Source: an uncultured Victivallales bacterium
GTDB taxonomy: Bacteria > Verrucomicrobiota > Kiritimatiellia > UBA8416 > CAYOBW01
Assembly (NCBI GenBank): GCA_964550025.1
Contig: CAZJYI010000021.1
Coordinates: 1 to 64,000 of the forward strand
Direction: 5' to 3'
DNA: 64,000 nucleotides
Both the position numbers and the translations under genes were made by a program. Of the stretch, positions 57,115-64,000 are shown one piece after another. Position 1 is the stretch's first letter. Every line of letters starts with the position of its first letter. The notes beneath the pieces are model-generated. The model was not told where the DNA came from. It worked only from the letters and a program-made list of their open reading frames with translations, and did not search any database.

Positions 57115-59580
57115 ATGACAGAACGGATCGTTGCCGCGGTAGTATCCGCTTGCCTGGCGGCGTCACATGCACCGTCGGCCCCGAAGCCCCTGCGTTTCGA
57201 AGCCGAAGAGTGGACCACTCCCGGCGCAGCCTGGATACGGGACAAGGACACGCCGGATCACTGGAACCTGTGGAGCACGGATCGGGACGCCGAGAAGAGG
57301 TGGTCGGGCGGGGGCGTTGTTCTCCGGAGCCCGATCGTGAAGCAGGATCGCCGGACCCCCGACGAAGGAGCGCCGCCCCTTCACACGAAGATCAGGGGAA
57401 TCCCGAAAGGGACCTACGACGTTGACGTGAGGATCGGCCGGGTCGTGGCGGTTTCGCTCGACGGAAAGACGTGGCGGCGCTTCCGCGGTGGGATGCTGAT
57501 GGACAGCCGGCGCATCGATGACGGTATTCTGGAACTGTGGGTTGACGACCGCTACGCCAACGAGGGCAATGTCGGCGCCGCCTACTACGACTACGTCGAG
57601 CTGGTGCCGCATCCCGAGATCGTTCCCAAACCGCGCGTACGGGGTTGGGCTGAGAAGCGGGTCGAGGAACGCCTGGGCCGCGGCGTGGTTGCCGTCCCGG
57701 CGGAGAAAGGGGTGTACGTGGGCTGGCGGTTGCTGCGCGACGACCCGCCCGACGTTGCGTTCGATGTCCTGCGGAGAGCAGGGGAGGGGGAGGAGACGAA
57801 GGTCAACTCCGCCCCTGTCACGGCGACCTGTGACCTTGTCGACGCTGGCGCCCCGCGCGGCGTGCCGTTGACCTACCGCGTGCGCCCTGTTGGCGGCGCG
57901 TGCGGCGGAGAGGCGCTTGTCACGGTTGACGACAATGTCCGGCCATACCTGGCGATCAAGCTGGATGGGAACCACACTTTTCAAAAGTGCGGCCTTGGCG
58001 ATCTCGACGGCGACGGACGGTACGACTACGTGATCAAGCAGCCCAACGCCAACATAGATCCCTGGTACAAGTACTGGAAGCCCTCGCCCGACACGTACAA
58101 GATCGAAGCCTACCGCCACGACGGGCGCCTGCTCTGGCGCAACGACATGGGATGGGCCATCGAACGGGGCATCTGGTACTCCCCGTACATCGTGCACGAC
58201 CTCGACGGCGACGGGAGAGCCGAGGTGGCGGCCAAAATGGGGGAGGGGGATCCGCGCGATGATGACGGCAAGGTGCGCTCGGGACCGGAGTGGCTCGTGG
58301 TCTGGGACGGCCTGACCGGCAAGGAGCGTGCGCGCGTGCCGTGGCCGAATCGGGAAGGATTCGGGGAGGGCGATCGCGGGTACAACTATGCCGCACGCAA
58401 CCAGATTGCCGTTGCCCGTCTCGACGGCAAAACCCCATGCGTCATCGCGTTGCGCGGAACCTACAACGTCATGAAGGCCGATGCGTACATGCTGGTGGGC
58501 GGCAGGCTGCAGAACGTGTGGAGTTACCGCGATTCCGAAGGCGGGCGGCGGTATCGCGGACAAGGCGCGCACTTCACGCACTGTTCCGACATCGACGGGG
58601 ACGGCCGTGACGAAGTGATCCTGGGCAGCGCCGTGATTGACGACAACGGTTCGCCACTGTGGTCGACCGGGCTTGGGCATCCCGATCATCTCTTCATCAG
58701 CGACATTGATCCCGCCCGCCCGGGACTCGAGATCTACTATGGGATCGAGACGCGCAACCCGCGCAACGGCATGTGCCTCGTCGATGCGAAGTTGGGGGAA
58801 ATCCTGTGGGGTTACGATGGCCCGACGAAGCACATTCATGCGTTGGGCATGTGTTCCGACCTGGATGCCCGCTACCTCGGCTGCGAGGCCTACGGGGCTG
58901 ACTCCGTGTCACACAAGCTGCACGGGGACCCCTGGCTGTGGAGCGCCTCGGGCAAGCTGCTCAGCCGCAAGGTCAATTTCAAGTTCGGCGTGCCGGTGGC
59001 CTTCTGGGATGCCGACGTACAGCGCGAGATAATCCGTGGCGGCAAGGTCTTCAACTACCGTGGCGAGGGTGTACTGGCGAAGATCAGCGGCAAGGTGGTC
59101 CAGGTCGCCGATATTCTCGGCGACTGGCGCGAGGAGCTGATCGTGTCGTCACCCGGCGAACTGCGGATCTACACCACGACGATCCCCGCGGCCGATCGCC
59201 GCGTCTGCCTCATGCAGGATCCCTTCTATCGCATGGACGTGGCCATGGGGTCGATGGGGTACACACCCGTCCCCATGCCGTCGCGCGCGTTCGAGACCGA
59301 CGTGCCCAACGTGAGCCTCACCCTGGTCGATCGAGAACAGGGGACCGTCGAAGTCGTGATCACGGCTCCCCGGGAACGGGGAATCGAGGGCAGAGTGCGT
59401 CTGAGCGTGGACGGCGGCAGCGTGGATCCGGCCAATATTGCCGCCTCGCTCGCGCCGTTCGGGCGCGTGACGCGAGAGGTCCGAGTGCGTCTCCCGGAGA
59501 GCAGCGTCACTCATCCCTGGTTGACGGCCACGCTGACAGCCGAAGGGGGCTCCGAACGCGTGACTCGGACGCCGCTGTGA
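57115..59580 (+). CDS. Beta-propeller protein with repeated DxDGDG calcium-type motifs, likely PL11 rhamnogalacturonan lyase family
   Basis: Start MTERIVAAVV (signal peptide). LGDLDGDGRYDYV, HDLDGDGRAEV, SDIDGDGRDEVI. Confidence 0.6.
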   Translation: MTERIVAAVVSACLAASHAPSAPKPLRFEAEEWTTPGAAWIRDKDTPDHWNLWSTDRDAEKRWSGGGVVLRSPIVKQDRRTPDEGAPPLHTKIRGIPKGTYDVDVRIGRVVAVSLDGKTWRRFRGGMLMDSRRIDDGILELWVDDRYANEGNVGAAYYDYVELVPHPEIVPKPRVRGWAEKRVEERLGRGVVAVPAEKGVYVGWRLLRDDPPDVAFDVLRRAGEGEETKVNSAPVTATCDLVDAGAPRGVPLTYRVRPVGGACGGEALVTVDDNVRPYLAIKLDGNHTFQKCGLGDLDGDGRYDYVIKQPNANIDPWYKYWKPSPDTYKIEAYRHDGRLLWRNDMGWAIERGIWYSPYIVHDLDGDGRAEVAAKMGEGDPRDDDGKVRSGPEWLVVWDGLTGKERARVPWPNREGFGEGDRGYNYAARNQIAVARLDGKTPCVIALRGTYNVMKADAYMLVGGRLQNVWSYRDSEGGRRYRGQGAHFTHCSDIDGDGRDEVILGSAVIDDNGSPLWSTGLGHPDHLFISDIDPARPGLEIYYGIETRNPRNGMCLVDAKLGEILWGYDGPTKHIHALGMCSDLDARYLGCEAYGADSVSHKLHGDPWLWSASGKLLSRKVNFKFGVPVAFWDADVQREIIRGGKVFNYRGEGVLAKISGKVVQVADILGDWREELIVSSPGELRIYTTTIPAADRRVCLMQDPFYRMDVAMGSMGYTPVPMPSRAFETDVPNVSLTLVDREQGTVEVVITAPRERGIEGRVRLSVDGGSVDPANIAASLAPFGRVTREVRVRLPESSVTHPWLTATLTAEGGSERVTRTPL

Positions 59581-59790
59581 TTGGTATCTGTTGAGGGAAA
59601 CAGTAGTCCGTCCGCCGCGGCGGAAACGCGGGCTTCCCCTGAAGGCGCGTTTTCGCCCCAGTTTCAGCCTGTTTCCGGCATCCGCCTTCGCCGAGCTTTG
59701 GCGCGACACCGAAGCAGGCTGCTTGGGAACATACAGAACCATCCTCCGCAACGGGAACGGACTACCGATGCTGGGACTACGGGTGCACGG

Positions 59791-60582
59791 TCACCGGCTG
59801 GCCTGCCCCTCCGCCTTGTCCGGCGCGGGCATGGTCACCTTGCCCGTCGCGGCCCACTCCGCTCCGCGTAGGAGCAGGGCCTGGAAGCCGGGGCTGGCCA
59901 TGGACTTAGCGTCGTGACCGAGAACCAGTCCGAAGTTGCGCCCCTGTCCAAAGGCGTTCACCAGGGCCGATGGTTCCCAGTTCCCCGTTCCGCGCTTCTC
60001 CTTGGCCGAGAAGGACTCGGTCAGTACCGTGACGCCAGCCTGCGTGCCGGGCCGGTTCCATAGCTCGTCGTGCGTTTCAAAAGGCTCCAATCCGCGCGTG
60101 ATGGGGTGTTCGACCACAGTAGGCTTCACGCGAAAGTCGTGCCGGGGGCCGTGTCCCGTCTGGCCCAGTTTCCACGCGAACCCGCACAGTTCCTGGTACT
60201 CGGGCCAACCCTTGTAGAACGAACATGACCCGGCATGGACGACCACGTGCCCCTTGCCGTTTCTGACGAAGTCGAGATACGCCTTGCGCAGCTCAGGTGA
60301 CCATTGCTCCTCGACCTTCTTGTTCTTCCACGAGTTCCAGTCGCTGACGATGACGTCGTACTTGTCGAGATCGCCCGGGGCCAGTTTCTCGGGAGACTCG
60401 GTGACTTCAACCGAGAAACGCCCGGACTCCTCCAGGATCTTCTTCAGGCACGGCGTCGTTTCGCGCCAGTTGTGGTTGTTGAGGCCGCTGAGGATGAGTG
60501 CCTTCAACGGTTCGGTTTCAGCGGTGACTGTCGCGGCCGCGGCGAGCAGGCAGGAGATGATAATGGCAGGTAGGTAGCGCAT
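59791..60582 (-). CDS. ThuA-like (type 1 glutamine amidotransferase-like) protein, secreted
   Basis: Start MRYLPAIIISCLLAAAATVTA. ThuA-family collinearity (KALILSGLNNHNW ... VVHAGS). Confidence 0.7.
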   Translation of the reverse strand: MRYLPAIIISCLLAAAATVTAETEPLKALILSGLNNHNWRETTPCLKKILEESGRFSVEVTESPEKLAPGDLDKYDVIVSDWNSWKNKKVEEQWSPELRKAYLDFVRNGKGHVVVHAGSCSFYKGWPEYQELCGFAWKLGQTGHGPRHDFRVKPTVVEHPITRGLEPFETHDELWNRPGTQAGVTVLTESFSAKEKRGTGNWEPSALVNAFGQGRNFGLVLGHDAKSMASPGFQALLLRGAEWAATGKVTMPAPDKAEGQASR

Positions 60583-60840
60583 GTGTTTGTTCCTCTTCAA
60601 TGTCCCCACCGGCCTTGTGCCGGTGGAACGAAAGACCGATATACAGCGGTAATACCGCCGGGCATCCTGAGCCCGGATGGAGCAAGAGACGAGTGAAATC
60701 TCTCTTTGCTCCTGGCGGGCTCCATGACTCCTGTGAGTTTGTGTTGTCGGCTGTTCGCGTTGTCTGTCGCCGGCTGGAAGCCGGCACCACTCGCCACCGG
60801 CTGGAAGCCGGCGCTACTTGTCACCGGCTGGAAGCCGGCG

Positions 60841-62115
60841 TTACACGATCTCGCACTTCTTGGCGTCGAAGCGGGCGGTCTTGCCTTCGCGCATGGACTT
60901 CATCGCCATCTGGAGGATGGTCTGTGTCCGGAAGGCGAGGTCCATCGGGCTCCAGGTGTTCTTGTCGCGCTTCCTGGCGCACTCGATCAGGTTCTTCCAG
61001 TGTTCCGTGTTGCTCTCACCGCGCTCGATCGGGATGCGCTGCGGGGCCTTGGCGCCCTTCTGCCGGATGGGCATGAAGAAGATCTCCTTGTTCTTCTCGA
61101 TGGAGAGGCTGCCCTCCCAGCCGCGGATGACGGGGCAGCGCTGGCCCGCGCCGCGGCGGTCCGTCGTCTGGTAATCGTTGGCCTGCGTTCCCAGGACGGA
61201 GATCGTGACGTTTTCCGGGTACTGCGCGATCAGGTTGAACGTGTCGGGCACCTCGCGCAGCTTGTAGGAATAGCGATGAATGCCCCCGACCGCCACGACC
61301 TCGGAAGGGAAACCCACGCCGAGGATATCCACCACCTGTGTCAGGCAGTGCGGGTAAAGGTCGGTTACAGGACCGCCCGCGTAGTCTTCAAAGAGGCGCC
61401 AGCGGAAATAGCGGTCCACGCTGAATTCGCGCTTCGGTGCATCCCCCAGGAACGCCTCCCAGTTGAGATCCTTGCCGGGCTTGGCCTTGGCGTCGTCGAC
61501 GCGCATGCCGCGCTCTCCCCAGTCGCCCACGCGGAAAAAGCCTGTTTCGCCGAACAGCGGTTGTCCAATCAGCCCCTCCTGCACCAGTTTCTTCATCTGG
61601 TGCCAGACACCGTCGCTCATGGCCTGTGTACCGACCTGGAAGACGCAGTCCGACTTGGCCACAACGTCTGCCAGTTTCTTGGTCAGTTCGAACTGGCGCC
61701 AGTGGGTTACCGGCTTTTCGCAGTAGACGTGTTTGCCTGCGTTGACTGCGTCAATAGCCGCGTAGCCGTGATGATGATCCGGCGTGGCGATGCAGACGAT
61801 ATCTACGTCCTTGTCCTGCAACAGTTCGCGGTGGTCGTCGTAGCCGCGCGCGATTCCGAATTGCTTCTTCCTGCCCTCCATGCGGGGGCGATAGGTGTCA
61901 CAGACCGCCACGAAATCGAGCGGCATTTTCTCGCGGTCGCGCAGGTGGCGGATCATGTTCATGTGCCCGCCCGCGCGCCCGCCGGCGCCGATGAAGCCGA
62001 TGCCGATGCGGTCGTTGGCGCCCTGCGCCTTCGCGATGTTGAAGGCCGAAACGGCCGCCGCGCTCGTGGCCGTGGCCTGGATGAAGCTCCGTCGAGACAT
62101 GTTCTGCTTCTTCAT
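60841..62115 (-). CDS. Gfo/Idh/MocA family oxidoreductase with twin-arginine (Tat) signal
   Basis: MKKQNMSRRSFIQATATSAAAVSAFNIAKA Tat motif. GIGFIGAGGRA Rossmann. CEKP. Confidence 0.85.
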   Translation of the reverse strand: MKKQNMSRRSFIQATATSAAAVSAFNIAKAQGANDRIGIGFIGAGGRAGGHMNMIRHLRDREKMPLDFVAVCDTYRPRMEGRKKQFGIARGYDDHRELLQDKDVDIVCIATPDHHHGYAAIDAVNAGKHVYCEKPVTHWRQFELTKKLADVVAKSDCVFQVGTQAMSDGVWHQMKKLVQEGLIGQPLFGETGFFRVGDWGERGMRVDDAKAKPGKDLNWEAFLGDAPKREFSVDRYFRWRLFEDYAGGPVTDLYPHCLTQVVDILGVGFPSEVVAVGGIHRYSYKLREVPDTFNLIAQYPENVTISVLGTQANDYQTTDRRGAGQRCPVIRGWEGSLSIEKNKEIFFMPIRQKGAKAPQRIPIERGESNTEHWKNLIECARKRDKNTWSPMDLAFRTQTILQMAMKSMREGKTARFDAKKCEIV

Positions 62116-63503
62116 TTCTCCTCCTTCGCCTGCGCACTGGCGCGCGGGCTGTAGACTTCCATTTCAAAGATGCGGCCGTAGGCGTTGCCGCCGTTCTGTT
62201 CGCCGGTTTCGATCAGCAGGCGCACGTAGCGCGCTTCCCGAGGTTCGAAGATGTGTTCAGATATGGCGTCCGTGTTGCCCCGCACCGGCGGAGTGAGGTC
62301 CTCGAAAGTGCCCCATTGCCGCAGGCTGCCCTGCAGGCGGAAATCGGCGGTTGTGCAGATCTCGCCGCCGGGCAGGAGCCCCTCGTGCACGATGCGGATC
62401 CGATCGATGGTGCGCTCTATGCCCAGGTCCAGCTTCAGATAGTGCGGCGTGATGTGCTGCTGCGAGTTCCACTTGTCGGTCTCTCGAACGGCCCATCTGC
62501 CGTCAATGGCCTTGTCCGCCTCGTAGCCCTTGCCGTAGATGCTGGAGGCCGTTGCGGCGGCGCCGTGGGAAGGGGTCGCCACGTTGTAGTGTGTTTCCCG
62601 CCAACCGAGCAACGCAGGCGGTTCGACGGCCGCGGCCCACGCGCTGCGCGCCTTGCCGACACTTGCCTTCGACGCGGCCCCGTCCCAGACCGCTACGCCA
62701 TGCATCACCTCGATCACCTGGCCCTCACGCAACAGCACGGGCTGCCGGTACAGGTTCATCGTGGCGGTCATGTAGGAGAGGGAGTCGGACATCGTGAACC
62801 AGTGCGTGATGTGTCGACAGTGAGGCGGGTACGAGAACATGGCCACCGTGACGGCTTTGCCCTCAACCGGCCCGGTGCAGGCCACGCCGCCGGCCCTGGT
62901 CACCTTCTCCGTGTTGCGCACCGGTGTGCTGTCCACCTCGTTCAGAAACGCGAACTCGGCCTTTCTGTCCATGGATTTGGGCAATCGCAGACCGAGTCCG
63001 GCGTAGGACTTCTTCGTGAACAGGTTCAGTGGCCCAACTCCCTTGGCAGGCGTGAGTGTCGAGTGCCACGTGATGAGCGTGAACGCGTTGCCGTCAGCGG
63101 GGTGTAGCGTGACGCGGCGTTCTTCGACCAGCAACGCGCGCCCTTCCGGCGTTACCCAGTCGAGCGTCTGTTCCAGGGCGCCCGCCGCGACCTTGGCCGG
63201 GCCGCGCGGCTTCTGCGTACCGTGCTGTTTCCCGTCCACCCAGAAGCTCACGCCGTTGACGTCCAGTCCCAGCATCAGCGCGTGGTGGTGTACGTGATCG
63301 GCCGGGGAATCCAGCAGCACCTGCGTCCCGCCGGGCGAGTACAGCCTGGACACGTAGACCTTGTTCGGATTGGGCGTCTGGCGGTACTCGAGTACCGGCT
63401 TGCCGCCGACGGAAAGCGTAACCGTGTCCGCGGCCCGTCCCGTTTGCAGGCCGGCCGCGGCCATGACGAGCATGGCCGCGGCGATTGCGAGCTCTGAGCG
63501 CAT
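62112..63503 (-). CDS. Secreted protein, PmoA-like region (tentative) + C-terminal F5/8 type C (discoidin) domain
   Basis: Signal peptide. C-terminal ~150 aa with discoidin-like GNAYGRIFEMEVY. ATGA-type overlap with the downstream oxidoreductase. Confidence 0.5.
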   Translation of the reverse strand: MRSELAIAAAMLVMAAAGLQTGRAADTVTLSVGGKPVLEYRQTPNPNKVYVSRLYSPGGTQVLLDSPADHVHHHALMLGLDVNGVSFWVDGKQHGTQKPRGPAKVAAGALEQTLDWVTPEGRALLVEERRVTLHPADGNAFTLITWHSTLTPAKGVGPLNLFTKKSYAGLGLRLPKSMDRKAEFAFLNEVDSTPVRNTEKVTRAGGVACTGPVEGKAVTVAMFSYPPHCRHITHWFTMSDSLSYMTATMNLYRQPVLLREGQVIEVMHGVAVWDGAASKASVGKARSAWAAAVEPPALLGWRETHYNVATPSHGAAATASSIYGKGYEADKAIDGRWAVRETDKWNSQQHITPHYLKLDLGIERTIDRIRIVHEGLLPGGEICTTADFRLQGSLRQWGTFEDLTPPVRGNTDAISEHIFEPREARYVRLLIETGEQNGGNAYGRIFEMEVYSPRASAQAKEEK

Positions 63504-63515
63504 GGTACGTGTCCC

Positions 63516-64000
63516 CTACAGACCGCACTCTTTCAGGTACGCCGCGCTTTTCTGGAGAATCTCCGGCGTACCGACGATTTCCAGCGTGGAGCTTTCGCAA
63601 GGCGCGTCTTTAAGCACTTCGCACACGCCCTTGATATCGATCACGCCGTCGCCCAGGGCGATCGTCGAGAATCCGCAACCGAACAGCGTGCCGCGTTTCT
63701 CGACCCACTCTTCTCCAAGGTCTTTCCAGTGCACGTGGTGGATCTTGTCCTTGAAGACCTTGGCCATCTCGACCGGGTCGGCGCCGCCGAGCCAGGAGTT
63801 GCCCGTGTCCATGTTGACGCCCAGCGACGGCGGGTCGCCCAGGCGGTCCATGATGTCCTGGATGCCCTTGATGGAATCGGTGATCGGACCGTGCGGTTCG
63901 AGCAGGATGCGCACGCCGTAGTCTTCGGCCATCTTGACCGGTGTGTAGAGTTTCTCCGCCACGATGAACACGCGCTCCTCGTAGCTGAGGGCCTCGGCCC
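63516..64000 (-). CDS. Sugar phosphate isomerase/epimerase (xylose isomerase-like TIM barrel), N-terminus beyond window
   Basis: C-terminal 151 aa seen: ILLEPHGPITD, NMDTGNS, HHVHWKD metal-ligand motifs. Confidence 0.7.
   Translation of the reverse strand, partial: AEALSYEERVFIVAEKLYTPVKMAEDYGVRILLEPHGPITDSIKGIQDIMDRLGDPPSLGVNMDTGNSWLGGADPVEMAKVFKDKIHHVHWKDLGEEWVEKRGTLFGCGFSTIALGDGVIDIKGVCEVLKDAPCESSTLEIVGTPEILQKSAAYLKECGL

Noticed and set aside
60706-63107. 482-aa and 284-aa plus-strand ORFs
   Set aside because: Antisense to the Tat Gfo/Idh/MocA and PmoA-like/discoidin genes.
1-64000. Mobile elements, prophage, tRNA or rRNA genes
   Set aside because: No integrase, transposase, phage structural or rRNA-like sequence recognised. 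No intergenic stretch showed a convincing tRNA cloverleaf by eye, though a tRNAscan run would be needed to be sure.

Overview
High-GC (roughly 65-70%) bacterial window that is almost entirely coding. Gene content points to a Planctomycetota/Verrucomicrobiota-type (PVC) organism. Supporting genes are an FGE-sulfatase, ThuA, Tat-secreted Gfo/Idh/MocA enzymes, a PmoA-like+discoidin protein, a xylose-isomerase-like TIM barrel and a YtgCR-like permease-repressor fusion. No rRNA, tRNA, CRISPR array, transposase or integrase gene was recognised. Layout, left to right: (1) a Wza-like exporter plus BY-kinase pair (1-1323) and a REC-GAF-GGDEF-REC-HD-GYP regulator. (2) A 12-gene, minus-strand, membrane-protein supercluster (4295-15925). 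Its core is a translationally coupled MoxR / DUF58 / DUF4350-like / DUF4129 / SpoIIM-like(DUF95) / RDD operon. It is extended by extra polytopic membrane proteins, four zinc-ribbon proteins and two DUF4339(GYF-like) paralogs. (3) A hybrid histidine kinase, a YqiJ(DUF1449)/flotillin pair, and an LPS-kinase-like plus ICMT-methyltransferase pair bracketed by two copies of a palindromic element. Then an ECF sigma/anti-sigma pair, a Na/Pi cotransporter, a sensor kinase, flavodoxin plus an unannotated 2x[4Fe-4S] ferredoxin. (4) A metal ABC importer (znuA/znuC, with the znuB permease fused to a DtxR-like repressor) preceded by a 16-copy heptamer microsatellite. (5) An AGCS symporter and a Vibrio-TonB2-like ttpB/ttpC/exbB/exbD/tonB/TPR system. 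(6) FGE, FAH, fetAB, fhs-folD, TauE, a 111-bp x3.3 tandem repeat, TGS-uridine kinase, HemW and a DsbD-like protein. (7) A putative pectin/rare-sugar module: PL11-like lyase, cupin isomerase, DhaK, DhaL, class I aldolase and two Gfo/Idh/MocA enzymes, followed by a ThuA/PmoA-like/TIM-barrel set. Most unusual non-coding signal: a ~100-nt element present three times. Each copy exactly fills an intergenic gap between co-directional genes and runs into the first seven codons (MT[DG]SST) of the downstream gene. Short tandem repeats with 7-9 bp periods recur throughout. CDS coordinates follow the supplied ORF track. Internal start refinements were made by codon arithmetic and reading the sequence, so they are +/- a few nt. 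Nucleotide labels in a few lines seemed inconsistent by 1-8 nt against track frames.
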